Of a DNA stretch of 64,000 nt, positions 1 through 10,806 are shown piece after piece. The notes beneath the pieces were generated by a model. The model ran no database searches. It worked only from the letters and a program-made list of their open reading frames with translations, and was not told where the DNA came from. Numbering within the stretch: position 1 is the stretch's first letter; every line of letters starts with the position of its first letter. This DNA is from an uncultured Poribacteria bacterium (lineage in GTDB: Bacteria; Poribacteria; WGA-4E; WGA-3G): assembly GCA_951813565.1 (NCBI GenBank), contig OX638351.1, positions 3,008,001-3,072,000 of the forward strand. The letters run 5' to 3'. Both the position numbers and the translations under genes were made by a program.

Positions 1-1
1 G

Positions 2-634
2 GCTTCCCCTACGCTCTGTCCGTCAGCTAATTTTCCCCTGAACCACAGGTTTACAGGTGTATGGCATCTCGCGCAGCCAAACTACATTCCGCCCTCTGAA
101 CTCACAGATTTTTTAGCAGACGGACCGCCACCTATCGTTATTACTTTCGGGTCTATGGGTGGAAGCAAAGGGCGTGAAACAACAGAAATTTTAATTGATG
201 CTGTCAAAATGACAAACCAACGTGCAATCATTCAAGCAGGGTGGGGACTTTTAGGCGATCAGGATACTGGAGAGGACATCTTTTGCACAGCGTATGTACC
301 GCATCAATGGCTGTTTCCAAAAGTGAGTTGCGTTGTGCATCACGGTGGCGCAGGGACTACTGCCTCGGTATGTCGTGCGAAAGTTCCGTCTGTCGTAGTG
401 CCACACATCGCAGATCAACTCTATTGGGGCAAGCTACTCTTTGATTTGGGCGTTGCACCGAAAAGTCTACATCGCCGTAATCTTACCGCGAAACGTTTAG
501 CAGAACGGATTGAGCAAGTGATGGCAACACCTTCAATGACAGAAAAGGTAAAGACCTTAGGCACACAGATGGAATCTGAAGATGGGTTGACGACAGCGGT
601 TAATCTGATTGAATCCTTTCCCTTATCTGAATAA
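2..634 (+). CDS. Family 1 (sterol/macrolide-type) UDP-glycosyltransferase, 5'-truncated by window edge
   Basis: Frame open from base 2 (…DFLADGPPPIVITFGSM…); GT1 motifs VPHQWLFP, VVHHGGAGTT, ADQLYWG. Confidence 0.85.
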   Translation, partial: ASPTLCPSANFPLNHRFTGVWHLAQPNYIPPSELTDFLADGPPPIVITFGSMGGSKGRETTEILIDAVKMTNQRAIIQAGWGLLGDQDTGEDIFCTAYVPHQWLFPKVSCVVHHGGAGTTASVCRAKVPSVVVPHIADQLYWGKLLFDLGVAPKSLHRRNLTAKRLAERIEQVMATPSMTEKVKTLGTQMESEDGLTTAVNLIESFPLSE

Positions 635-729
635 CCCAAGTTGCTACCTATAAAATTTTAGACACACAGACGCCATTTTTAATAGAGAACAGTTCGTTAT
701 TGGTGAAATATTGTAGCGCAAACTTAGGT
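634..729. mobile_element. Short MITE-like element with ACCCAAGTTGCTAC / ACTTAGGT ends
   Basis: Same termini as the 152-bp MITE at 2607-2758 but a different interior; no clean TSD. Confidence 0.55.
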
Positions 730-735
730 TAAAAA

Positions 736-1713
736 ATGAAAAAAATCCTTGTCTTCAGTTTCAGTTTCATTGGTGATGCAGTGCTATCTACCGCAGTTAT
801 CCAACCGCTACGAGCACACTTTCCAAATGCCCATATCACCTTTCTCGTCGGACCCAGCGCGTTTAACATTCTTGCCAACGACCCACAACTTGATTTTACC
901 CTTGTATATGACAACCGAGGCGAACACGCTGGGTTGAAAGGGCGGATGAAACTTATAAATTCTTTACGCCGTGAGAAATTTGACCTCGTTGTCAATCTGC
1001 GGGATAGTTTCATTGCGCGCTGTGTCGGCGCGGAACATTGGGGTTTGGTGCGTGGGGATAGGGAACGGCATGCTGTTACCCGATATCTGGAAGTCCTAAG
1101 TAAGCAAGGCGTTGACACAACAGATGCACAACCCCATTTACAGTTGACTGAAACAGAACAAGCGACAGCACACCGTCTTCTTGCCGAAGCAGGATTTACG
1201 TCAGGACAGTTATTAATTGGAATTCATCCAGGTGGAAATTGGGAATACAAACTGTGGAGTGCAGAGAAATACGCGCAACTTGCAACTGCTTTATCAAAAG
1301 AAAAAAACGCTACTATTTTGCTTTTCGCAGGACCAAATGAACGCAAACTACAAGCGCAAGTTGCAGATATGATGAACACAACTCCTATCCTCGTCAAAAC
1401 GGGAAATTTGCGTGAAGTCGCAGCATTGATCACAGCGTGTGATGTCTACATCGGCAACGACACAGGTCCGATGCACATTGCTGCTGCTGTCCAAACACCT
1501 GTGATCGCGCTTTTCGGTTCAACGAATCATATTCGGAGCGGTCCCTATGGTGATAAGCATGTAGTTGTGCAAAGTGGAATAGATTTGGGGTGCCATCCGT
1601 GTCATCCAGGGCGGCGTCCTGGCGGGTGCGGTGCGGGTAGTTGCGCTGTAATTGATGGGATTACGGTGGAACAGGTGTTGGAAACTGTATCACTTCTGCA
1701 ATTAACAAAATAA
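736..1713 (+). CDS. Glycosyltransferase family 9 (LPS heptosyltransferase-like)
   Basis: IGDAVLS, IHPGG…KLW, YIGNDTGPMHIAAA, ALFGST motifs. Confidence 0.9.
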   Translation: MKKILVFSFSFIGDAVLSTAVIQPLRAHFPNAHITFLVGPSAFNILANDPQLDFTLVYDNRGEHAGLKGRMKLINSLRREKFDLVVNLRDSFIARCVGAEHWGLVRGDRERHAVTRYLEVLSKQGVDTTDAQPHLQLTETEQATAHRLLAEAGFTSGQLLIGIHPGGNWEYKLWSAEKYAQLATALSKEKNATILLFAGPNERKLQAQVADMMNTTPILVKTGNLREVAALITACDVYIGNDTGPMHIAAAVQTPVIALFGSTNHIRSGPYGDKHVVVQSGIDLGCHPCHPGRRPGGCGAGSCAVIDGITVEQVLETVSLLQLTK

Positions 1714-1769
1714 CCTTGTGGCGACCTTAATCAATGTCTGTTAATTTTTTCCACGCTTTACCTATTTTT

Positions 1770-1905
1770 CACCTGTTTCTGGATTCTTTTGTCACTATCA
1801 CATTAACTTTATCTTGTGCGACAGTTTGCACGTCAATATTACCAAGCGCCGTATCGATTGTTAAACGTCCACCTGAATTCACATCAAAAATCTTTTCAAT
1901 CCTGG
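1770..1905 (-). pseudogene. Remnant of a DUF4097/adhesin-like beta-strand repeat gene
   Basis: Minus strand reads RIEKIFDVNSGGRLTIDTALGNIDVQTVAQDKVNVIVTKE then stop; no intact start. Confidence 0.5.
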
Positions 1906-2029
1906 TCGAGCTTGATCTCCGCTGATCTGATATCTTTTAGACGCGGAGAATTAACTATAGTGAACTTTGAAATTATTGGGACACTTTGGTAAACTTGTCT
2001 TGGAAAGAAAGATAATGGACAATAGAAGT

Positions 2030-2087
2030 TGTAGCACAAACTTTTAGTTTGTGCCTTATGAGACGCAAACTAAAAGTTTGCGCTACA
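2030..2087. repeat. Inverted REP pair (GTAG-type, REPIN-like)
   Basis: tgtagcacaaacttttagtttgtg…cgcaaactaaaagtttgcgctaca; related copy near 21408. Confidence 0.75.
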
Positions 2088-2606
2088 GAAGTGTCCCATT
2101 ATAGTGGATTCTACAATTAACTGGACATCTGAGTTGTCCGAGGGAACTCCGATTCCCGACTATTAGTGGTTTCGTCGCGATTCGGAGATCGCTCCTACAG
2201 AATATATGTGAACTTATTTACATAATTTACGAGTTGTGCTAAATAACTATTTGTAAAATATTGTTTCACAATTACATGCCGTTTTGTTAGTTTTTATCAT
2301 TAGTTGATTCCTTCTTCAGTCCCGTGAATCAACGCCAAATACACGTTTGGTATTTGGCGGGGACGATATGTTTATAGAAAAACGTTGAACACCCTATCTT
2401 TAGTCCCGACAAATGCCATACGGGGAATGCCAAAAGGCATTCATACCCGGTGAATGACTAAATGTCATTCATACCGTTGATTTCTTGATTTGGCGCATTT
2501 GGCGTTGATTTGGTAGGGACGATATGTGTATAACATGAGTTCAATATGTGTGAAAAGAATACAAACAAATAGTTAACTAACACAAGTCGTATAATTTACT
2601 ATAATT

Positions 2607-2758
2607 ACCCAAGTTGCTACCTATATCGCGAATGCTCTTGTAGGAGGGGTTTCTAACCCCGATTTAGAAAAGAAAGCATAAGAATTAGCTGGAAATCCTT
2701 GTTTTTCAGTAAAAAGCAATGTCTGCAAGCTTGAAATCTTGTCCGTAGCAACTTAGGT
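2607..2758. mobile_element. 152-bp MITE (AC-initiated IRs, IS982-like), copy 1
   Basis: IR acccaagttgctac/gtagcaacttaggt; 7-bp TSD tataatt; reverse-complement copy at 39929-40080. Confidence 0.9.
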
Positions 2759-2775
2759 TATAATTATAGGTTTTA

Positions 2776-3543
2776 TTATAAATCACTATCAGGATTTTCT
2801 AATAGATTTTTTAGAACATTTGAAGATACTGCAAAAGCACTACCACCGATATTGATTTTCGAATCATTAATAGTAATACCACCGACTTTTGTTGAATTGA
2901 TTGAAACATTACTACCGTTCTTTCCAAAGGAGATAGATATGTTTCCATCATCGTAATTGAATTTACTACTTAATTCCGACAAAAGCATAGAAACTCCTAT
3001 GACTTCACCTTTGCTATTGAGTAAGGGACCGCCTCTATTCTTCTGAGAAATCTGATTTGAAACCCGAATATACTTGCCGTTTTTTGAGTTGCCTTTTACA
3101 GTGCCTTTTACCAACTTAGGTTTTGAAGGATCGCTGAGAGTATAAACTGTTCCGCTATGTTGAGTTTTATTGCTAATAGATAATGGTTTGACACCAGGAA
3201 TTGAGACATCTAAAAAAGCCAAATGGTCTGTTTTATTGGGTACTAATATGCTATCAACAAAATATCTTGTTCTTTTTCTAACAAATTTGACATAGATTTC
3301 AGCACCTTTTGGTACCGGGGTAAAATCTTTGAGGTTGGAGAGTTGGGTTACTACCTGATTGTGGGATACGAAGAATCCCAATCCTCGTGAAACTGTTTTA
3401 CCTTGAGCATCATCTATTTCTATTACAACAATAGAATTTAGCGCATCTTTTACAGCACTGGGTGTGTATTGTGCAGATGCAGTTATAGCTATGCTGGATA
3501 GAAAAAATAACAAAACTGTGATGGAAAATAAAATGCTTTTCAT
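2776..3543 (-). CDS. Secreted trypsin-like (S1C) peptidase-domain protein with degenerate catalytic residues
   Basis: Signal peptide; GLGFFV, GGPLLNSKGEVIGV motifs; TQLSNL and KNRGGP replace TNxHV and GNSGGP. Confidence 0.75.
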   Translation of the reverse strand: MKSILFSITVLLFFLSSIAITASAQYTPSAVKDALNSIVVIEIDDAQGKTVSRGLGFFVSHNQVVTQLSNLKDFTPVPKGAEIYVKFVRKRTRYFVDSILVPNKTDHLAFLDVSIPGVKPLSISNKTQHSGTVYTLSDPSKPKLVKGTVKGNSKNGKYIRVSNQISQKNRGGPLLNSKGEVIGVSMLLSELSSKFNYDDGNISISFGKNGSNVSINSTKVGGITINDSKINIGGSAFAVSSNVLKNLLENPDSDL

Positions 3544-3606
3544 ATCAAAACTCCTTTTTTATAAAGTTATTTTTTCCATTGCAAACGCAGACTATTCAGC
3601 ACAACA

Positions 3607-5253
3607 TTAAAAAGCATTCGCAACAATAACTAAATCTTGGATATTTACAACGCCATCGCCGTTTAGGTCGGGTTCTGCCTCGCCAAATGCATTTGCCACG
3701 ACGACTAAATCCAAGATATTGGTTTCGCCATCGCCGTTGACATCTGCATCGTATCGTAAGTCTGTGAGATTCAGAGCGGCAAGTGGACTAAAATCTGTTG
3801 CCGGATTGTTATTAATCCACAACGTTTCCAAATTCGTAAGTCCAGTAAGCGGACTGAAATCCTCTATATGGTTACGTGTCAAATGCAAAACACGCAGATT
3901 TTTCAGGCTCTCCAACGGAGTAATATCCGAAATGCCATTACGCTCCAAGGAAAGTTCCTCTAAGTGGATAAGGCCCGCTAATGGACTGATGTCAAGATCT
4001 GTCACCGGATCAGTCTCATTTGTAGGTGTATGCCAAACGTGTAATTGGACGAGATTTATCAAGTTTGCGAGCGGACGTAGGTCTGTTATCCTGTTCCTAC
4101 CGCCAAGATGTAGTATCTTTAGGTTCGTGGCATGTTCTAACCCTGTGATATCAACAATGCCTCTGTGGTTTGCCTGTAATACCAGATTAACTTGATTCCA
4201 ATCTATCGGTGCGGTGAATCAACGCCAAATAAGCGTTTGGCGGGAACGACATAGCACTATACACATTTCGCCCCGCTGGGGCTCAAAAAAGCTTCTTAAC
4301 CGTTTTCTATACACATTTCGCCCCGCTGGGGCTCAACACAACTACAAGCGCGGACTCATTTCCTTAAATTGACTTCTATGGTGTGGTGAATCAACGCCAA
4401 ATAAGTGTTTGGTATTTGTTGGGAAACCGCACCTACCACCCGAAAAATAAGATAATTTCCGTTAATTTGATATAAGCGCGTCAACACCAGCATCTTGTCT
4501 TTTGTCAACGGGACATCTGCTGGCAATCCTAATTCTTCCAGAACCGCTGCTCGCAAAGCAGCATCCGGCATCCATTCCGATGCCGCTTGTGGGTCCACTG
4601 TCGTAAAGTCTAACACTTCAACAGCACCAACACTGTTAGTGCTGGCTTCTTGTTTGAGGTACATCTCACCATCTAAATCAGGAACGATATGTGTTGCGCT
4701 TGTAATACCACTTGCGACACCGGTGGCTTGTATCGGCAGCTGAATCTTTTGCGCCTTTCCACTACGGTTATAGACTGCCCAGCCGTTTGTAAACTCCCGG
4801 ATAAAAAGTCCTTCTCGATTTTCATAAAGTTGTGCCTTCTCCCCGACAGGTTTGCCGAGATCTGCATCCCAAAAATCATACCAAATATGAGCATGGTGCG
4901 GTAGGCCGTAGTCGACATCTGTTAATCCCATATTGTAAAGCACATATCCGTCCGAATGGGTTAGACCTAATGTCGTAATTAATCGCATGTTTCGTAGGTT
5001 TTCGGTGCTGTCCGGTGGCTGTGTGCCGATTCCAAATCCTTCCAAACTATTGATCTGTGGTGCTCGTAGATTTTCTTCGCACCAATGCAGTGTATTTTCA
5101 ATTTCCTGCAAACCTTTATAATTGTATCCTCCCGGATAATCTTTCAGAGTTTCCATATAGGAACCGTTTAAATATTGGGTGTACGCTGTAGGTTTCGTCC
5201 GATTCGTATTTGCTATAAATAAAAAATCATTGTGTACCCGAGAACGTACTTCA
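3607..5253 (-). pseudogene. LRR / GHL15-like glycoside hydrolase / LRR / dockerin-like paralog, 5'-truncated by IS982 and interrupted at 4180-4472
   Basis: ORFs 4356-5156 and 3607-4062 rejoin (…LTRLQANHRGIVD…) when the insertion is removed; FIREFTNGWAVYNRS, LRRs and DxNGDGxxNIxDL repeats. Confidence 0.88.
4180..4472. mobile_element. 293-bp MITE with TACCAGATTAAC / GTTAATTTGATA ends
   Basis: Imperfect IRs, TAA duplication (4177-79, 4473-75); removal restores the host frame; contains two ctatacacatttcgccccgctggggctcaa repeats. Confidence 0.8.
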
Positions 5254-5328
5254 ACGTGAGTTTGATAATTAAAAACTGGTAAATAGAGAACCCCTTTGTT
5301 ATTATGAAGTATACCAAATACTTACATA

Positions 5329-5489
5329 ACGTGAGTTTGATAATTAACTGAACAGGCAAAAATTGAACAGAGAACGGGCATATTTGCTGAAAAAATCGTT
5401 ATTTTGGTGTTTTTAACCCCCTAAATCCCCCTTATCAGAGAGACTTTAAGAGGAAATGTGGAAGTTCTAACTATTTATCAAACTCACGT
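5329..5489. mobile_element. 161-bp IS982-derived MITE nested in the IS982 left end
   Basis: Same IRs; 6-bp TSD tacata; near-identical to 50085-50242. Confidence 0.88.
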
Positions 5490-5507
5490 TACATAAGGAG
5501 TTCTCTG

Positions 5508-6413
5508 ATGGATATCATAACACTTTTCTGTAAAATTGACGACTTTTTTCTTTTGTATGAACAATATCAAGCACAACACCAGTTGCCAGAAATATCCGGA
5601 ACAAGCAATACCCGTGGCAGACTTAGGTGTCTTCATCCGAGCGAAGTTATGACAATACTTATTTATTTTCATCAACATAAGTGTAAAAACTTCAAAAGCT
5701 ATTATCAAGAGCATGTCTGTGGCAACCTCCGTTGGGCGTTTCCAAACCTTGTCAGCTATAGTCAGTTTGTGCAGCTTGCCCAAGAGGTTTTGATGCCGTT
5801 GTCTATTCTTCTAAACACCCGTTTCGGTGAATGTAATGGGACTTCCTTCATTGACTCAACGCCACTTCCAGTTTGCCATAATCGTCGGATTTCAGCGCAT
5901 CGTGTCTTCGCTGATGGGGCAGAACGATCCAAAACCTCTATGGGATGGTTCTACGGGTTCAAACTGCATCTCGTCATCAACGATCAAGGTGAGTTGTTGT
6001 CTGCTATGGTGACACCCGGAAACACAGATGACCGGAAACCTGTGCCACAGTTGACCAAAGGGCTATTTGGCAAACTTTATGCCGATAAAGGGTATATCAA
6101 CAAAAAGCTGCGGGATAAACTGCGGGAAGGGGGTGTGTCACTTGTTTACAAAGTGCGCAAGAACATGAAACCCGAACCCTTATCTGATGCTGACGCAGAA
6201 CTCCTGAAAAAACGGATGCTCATTGAGCCGGTGAATAAAGAACTCAAAACTCAGACAGAGATCCAACACACACGGCATAGAAGTTATGCTAACTTCCAAG
6301 TCAATACAGTTGCTGCCTTGATCGCTTATACCTATTTGAAGAAAAAACCCTCACTCAAACGCAAAGAACTCAAGGATATTAATTATCCGTTTCCAATGAC
6401 ATGTAACAACTAA
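5508..6413 (+). CDS. IS982-family DDE transposase
   Basis: SEVMTILIYF, FIDSTPL, GWFYGFKLHLVIN, LYADKGY, RMLIE, HTRHRS; RBS aaggag. Confidence 0.93.
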   Translation: MDIITLFCKIDDFFLLYEQYQAQHQLPEISGTSNTRGRLRCLHPSEVMTILIYFHQHKCKNFKSYYQEHVCGNLRWAFPNLVSYSQFVQLAQEVLMPLSILLNTRFGECNGTSFIDSTPLPVCHNRRISAHRVFADGAERSKTSMGWFYGFKLHLVINDQGELLSAMVTPGNTDDRKPVPQLTKGLFGKLYADKGYINKKLRDKLREGGVSLVYKVRKNMKPEPLSDADAELLKKRMLIEPVNKELKTQTEIQHTRHRSYANFQVNTVAALIAYTYLKKKPSLKRKELKDINYPFPMTCNN

Positions 6414-6752
6414 AACTATTTATCAAACTCACGTTAATTTAAAGTTGAGTTTCACTCATTTTCCTGTTATTTCGGCATCAAATGGAGAAAAAATCTCTCT
6501 TTTATGTCCGATTTTTTGTTTATTCCGTTCTACCCAACGGACAGTGGTTATTGAATTTTATTATCAAACTCACGTTAATATAGTAAATCCATAATCATTT
6601 ATACACTACGGTAGGTTCGGTTTCCTAACCGAACCGTGTTATTCAGCCAATAGATGCGGTTAGGAAACCGAACCTACCAGAATGTTAAAACAAAAATAGG
6701 ACAGGTTTTAAACCCGTCCTATAAAATAGAATAGTCCGTTACAATCGTAGTG

Positions 6753-8864
6753 TTAGAAACTTTCCCGATTTATTGCTGTATTTTGAGCTCTGTCGGTCAC
6801 CCGAATTGTGATGCTATGTGCACCTTCGGGCAGTTTGTCGGTTTCCAACAAGAGTTTTTCCTCTTTAGAATCGAAGATGCCATCTTCAGGAAAAATGACT
6901 TTCCACTGTTCATCGTTGTCAATCTTGTAAACTGCTTTTAGGACAGAGTTCATCGTATCCGAGACATCACAAGTAATTTTAAATGTCCCGTCTCCGTTTG
7001 GTTTAACTTGGATGTCGCCGACATTAGGATCAGTATTGTCCACAGTGAATGGGGCACTAACTTTTTTAGTTGTTTTCTCCCATCCGACAGGATTACTCAG
7101 CTTATCCGTAGCAACGATTTTCAATTGGTATTTCCCATCAGCGATTGATGTGATATCCCAAGCATAACTCGGAGTAGTGAGTTCTTTTTTAAGTAGTTGC
7201 CAATTTTCATCGTCGCCAACAGCACTATAGTAAACGAAGAATTGTAACGTATCTTTATTAGCATCTTCAACTTTCCACCCAATGTTCCATCTTTTCGGAG
7301 AAGCATTAGCGGAAGAAGATCCCCTGCTTGAGCTACTTGGTGGCGATGGTCTGCCCGTTGAAGGACGTTGTGAGCTGGTGGTGCCAGTATTAATGCTGAT
7401 TTCGCTAATCTTCGGTTCAATATTGGTTTGAGCGGACGCGAGTGTAACCTTTTTCAAAGTAGGCGTTTTCGCTGGGTCAGTGGTAGTGAATTTCGCTCGC
7501 CACTGGATATATTGCCCATCGGCATTCGGAATTTGCGAACCTTCTGGGATGGTAAGTTCTTCTGACCATTTGTTCCATGTATCATCCGGTTTTCGGGTGT
7601 TACCTGAACGAGTTGCAAAGGTGATTGAAGTGCCTTCTTCAACTTCAGCTTCCCACGAAAGTTTACCCCAACGTGACAAACTTTGCGCATTGTGGACAGC
7701 AGATTCAAGTGTGCCTTCCTCAACACGCGATGATGTAAGCGTAAAGAGTTTACCGGCATTTCCAGCACCCAATATCGTTTTCATGCTATCTGCATGTTTT
7801 GTCTGGTGTATTGATAAGATGTCCTTTCCTGAAGATTTACCGATCGCTTTAAAATCCCCTGTTTTTGTATCTACGCGATACAACTTGCCATTACTTCCTG
7901 TTCCCACTAAAATTTGCTCGTCACTTTCCAAAACGATAGATGAGATGAGTGGCTCAGGTGAACTCCATACAAGTGCCGTAGTTCCATCGGGGTGTAGCCT
8001 ATAGATATATGATTTGTTTTCTTTTGGAGGACCGCTGCCTGGTGCCTGTGGGGCAGGAACAGAGGGACCTCTACTTGGACGGCTACCGCCTCTTTCCATC
8101 GGCACTGACGTAACAGCAGATGCGTAGACGTTCTCTTCGCTATCTATAACAAGGTTACGTATCTCATTCTCTTTTGCTTGGTATACTACGTTCGCAGAAC
8201 CATCATCCATGATTTTGTAGATGATTCCGTTGCCGCTACTGCCTGCATAAAATCCGCCTTCAAATGCCACCAGAGACCTTATATTTTTTTCTTCTGCGTC
8301 AAAAAGAACACTTGATTCACCGTCAGGTGTGACTTTATAAATTTTGCCTTCGGTTCCTGTAGCAGCATAGAGATTACCCTCGTCATCCAGATGCATTGCC
8401 CACACATATTTGTCACCTTTACTTAGAATAGTCTTTGGAGGCGTATCTTGATCGGTAATTTTATAGATTAACCCATCAGGCCCTGTGCCAGCATAAAGGG
8501 TGTCGTCGGATCCGATAACAAGACTGAAAATAGTAACTTCTGGTGAATCAAAATAGAGCGTAGACGTTTTGCCATCAGCACTAATTTTATAAATTTTGCC
8601 TTCAATGCCTGTTCCTGCATAGATATTCCCCTCAGAATCTTCAGCGAGTGCCCACACTTGAGCCTCATCTATTTCTGAGAAACCATCTATTTTGAAGGAT
8701 AAACTAGCATCCCCCGTGCTTGAGACTGAAATATTTTTGATTTCACCCGCTTCAAAATCCGCTCTTTTATGTTGTTCCCATAAAGATGTTGACACGGCAG
8801 AAGCAAGGCTCGCGTAAATTAAAACAATTGCCATCAGGCTCCAAATGAAAAAGAAACGGCGCAT
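6753..8864 (-). CDS. Secreted beta-propeller repeat protein with C-terminal FN3/Ig-like domains
   Basis: Signal peptide; repeated IYAGTG.EGKIYK blades; Ser/Pro linkers; DGKYQLKIVATD. Confidence 0.75.
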   Translation of the reverse strand: MRRFFFIWSLMAIVLIYASLASAVSTSLWEQHKRADFEAGEIKNISVSSTGDASLSFKIDGFSEIDEAQVWALAEDSEGNIYAGTGIEGKIYKISADGKTSTLYFDSPEVTIFSLVIGSDDTLYAGTGPDGLIYKITDQDTPPKTILSKGDKYVWAMHLDDEGNLYAATGTEGKIYKVTPDGESSVLFDAEEKNIRSLVAFEGGFYAGSSGNGIIYKIMDDGSANVVYQAKENEIRNLVIDSEENVYASAVTSVPMERGGSRPSRGPSVPAPQAPGSGPPKENKSYIYRLHPDGTTALVWSSPEPLISSIVLESDEQILVGTGSNGKLYRVDTKTGDFKAIGKSSGKDILSIHQTKHADSMKTILGAGNAGKLFTLTSSRVEEGTLESAVHNAQSLSRWGKLSWEAEVEEGTSITFATRSGNTRKPDDTWNKWSEELTIPEGSQIPNADGQYIQWRAKFTTTDPAKTPTLKKVTLASAQTNIEPKISEISINTGTTSSQRPSTGRPSPPSSSSRGSSSANASPKRWNIGWKVEDANKDTLQFFVYYSAVGDDENWQLLKKELTTPSYAWDITSIADGKYQLKIVATDKLSNPVGWEKTTKKVSAPFTVDNTDPNVGDIQVKPNGDGTFKITCDVSDTMNSVLKAVYKIDNDEQWKVIFPEDGIFDSKEEKLLLETDKLPEGAHSITIRVTDRAQNTAINRESF

Positions 8865-8919
8865 AAAACATTTTCCTCCTGTTATTTGCGCAAAATATGA
8901 AAAAAAATCCTACTTTGAG

Positions 8920-10806
8920 TTATTGAGCATTTCTATCAACGGCTATCTGCATTCCAGCACTCCCGGTAATGATATAGTCCGTCTCAATTTTATCAGTGTG
9001 TAAAGCCGTTCCAAATGTATATCCGCTTTCTCCGACTCGCATAGCTGTGTTCATCACAGACATTACCGAAATAGGAAGATCGGGGAATTCCTCACCCTGA
9101 ACGGTTAATCCTGGTCGTGGTGCCGAAAGTTCTAAGATAAGATTTGTGTTAGGTTCGGCGCTTTGCAACAATTTGATCAGCTGGTTGATGTTTTTCGGAC
9201 GAGAAACACCAGGAGCACGAGAACGCTGCCATAATTGGTATGTACTTGAATTCATCGCGCGAAGCAAAACAATCCCATCAGGTGTGTCTTTCGGAATCTT
9301 AATCGTCCCAGTCAACGTCATCGGTTGCTCAAGATAGGGGCGTATTGTAAAAGTCATTTTTACTTCTTCACCCGGACGATAGACAAGTTTATCCACCCGA
9401 GCTGTTAGAATTGAGGCTGTTTTTCGCTTATCCTCAATTTTTATATTTAAGTTGATAGACTCTATTTTAACTTTGGCATAGGGATTGACAATCAAATCCA
9501 ACATCGGTGCCATAATCGTGCGTGAGACATTAAATCCAGGGGAACCGCTTGAAGAAAAAACGTTTTTTAAGACGATCTCTCGGTTGTCTAATTCAGGTTG
9601 ATCTTCAAGTGTAATGACAGACTTTACATTAATTGTATGATCGTTGACACCGAATTCCATAGCGTTTATTAATCCTGAAATACCTGCAGCTGCATAGCTT
9701 GCTGTGAACGTCTTGTCCCGTGCCGCTTCATAATACAAGTCATGCACTTTATTGTCAGAAGTTTGTACCTTTGCAGTTACCGGAATATAGTGATGTGTAT
9801 TCGGAAGTTTCTCAATTAGTCCAGCTATGGCGGGAACTCGATCTTGTACTAAAGTGCCGATTGGCTGAGTTGCGGATGCTATTTTGGATGATCGCGTGCG
9901 GCTGGGCAAAATAAAATGCACAAAACCGCCGGAAAGCGGTAGGTTCACATTGCCTTCACCAAATGATGAATGTCCATACGCAAGTAATTCTTTTTTGTTT
10001 TCGTCAATGTAGGTGATAGTTCCATAACCAAAAGCTGATACGTCTCCGCGTATCGCCTCCGTACCTATTATCTGTCCCTCTTCTATAGGTGATTTCTTCA
10101 TAGGATCGCCCCCTCCAGCTGCTTGGACAGGGACCATATTCCCTCTGGCAAAAAGCGGTTTAAGAAGCTGCATCGTTGCCGCGTCAAGTCTTGGGAGTGC
10201 GACAGGTATTGCTAACTGTAATGAATACTTTTGTGTATTCAAGTTGTTATTTGATGTGAGGGTATTATTAAAAGGGTTTTGGTGTAGAATTTTATTGTCT
10301 TCAGGAATAAGAGAAGGCATCATATTAAGACCTTCTGACACATATTCCGAACCGAGGTCTAAGAATTGAGCACTTGCATACGTTGGGTTAGGTTCCATGC
10401 CGCGTTTTGCGACCTTCACCATTAGTTCAATAGGCGTTACCCCAAACAGATTCGAGCGTTCGCGCTGATTGAAGTAGCCAAGCGATATGGCACCCATAAG
10501 CCGCCCATCAATGTATATCGGGCTGCCACTCATTCCTCCTGCGACACCGGTGCGCTTAAAGTTTTCACTGGTACCCTCGGCCCATACCACGTGCCAACGT
10601 GGGTACGAGTTGTACTCAATACTCACAACTTCAAACTCGAATTCCTCAACCGTTGTTCCAGAAAATACCGTGTAACCTTTCCCTTTCATTCCGGTTTTCA
10701 CCTCGGACAACGGCATAAACTTATCAACGTCCCATTCAATTTGTGCATTGGCGTGGAATGCAACTAAGCAAAATACTACAAGTGCACAAAGCAAAACTTT
10801 TTTCAC
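8920..10806 (-). CDS. Secreted SpoIVB-like peptidase S55 protein
   Basis: GMKGKGYTVF and GVAGGMSGSPIYIDGRLMGA; signal peptide. Confidence 0.85.
   Translation of the reverse strand: MKKVLLCALVVFCLVAFHANAQIEWDVDKFMPLSEVKTGMKGKGYTVFSGTTVEEFEFEVVSIEYNSYPRWHVVWAEGTSENFKRTGVAGGMSGSPIYIDGRLMGAISLGYFNQRERSNLFGVTPIELMVKVAKRGMEPNPTYASAQFLDLGSEYVSEGLNMMPSLIPEDNKILHQNPFNNTLTSNNNLNTQKYSLQLAIPVALPRLDAATMQLLKPLFARGNMVPVQAAGGGDPMKKSPIEEGQIIGTEAIRGDVSAFGYGTITYIDENKKELLAYGHSSFGEGNVNLPLSGGFVHFILPSRTRSSKIASATQPIGTLVQDRVPAIAGLIEKLPNTHHYIPVTAKVQTSDNKVHDLYYEAARDKTFTASYAAAGISGLINAMEFGVNDHTINVKSVITLEDQPELDNREIVLKNVFSSSGSPGFNVSRTIMAPMLDLIVNPYAKVKIESINLNIKIEDKRKTASILTARVDKLVYRPGEEVKMTFTIRPYLEQPMTLTGTIKIPKDTPDGIVLLRAMNSSTYQLWQRSRAPGVSRPKNINQLIKLLQSAEPNTNLILELSAPRPGLTVQGEEFPDLPISVMSVMNTAMRVGESGYTFGTALHTDKIETDYIITGSAGMQIAVDRNAQ

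Larger units (their letters stand above)
5254..6434 (+). mobile_element. IS982-family insertion sequence
   Basis: IRs acgtgagtttgataa / ttatcaaactcacgt flank a DDE transposase; flanks do not match, consistent with adjacent deletion. Confidence 0.85.

Noticed and set aside
2325..2358. Integron attC interpretation of the AATCAAC hairpin units
   Set aside because: Too short, no matching RYYYAAC/GTTRRRY pair, not flanking cassettes, and no integrase.
4257..4336. Two palindromic ~30-bp direct repeats resembling a mini-CRISPR (similar cases at ~41365-41435 and 44981-45096)
   Set aside because: Only two units, short or no spacers, located inside MITEs or REP clusters, and no cas genes.
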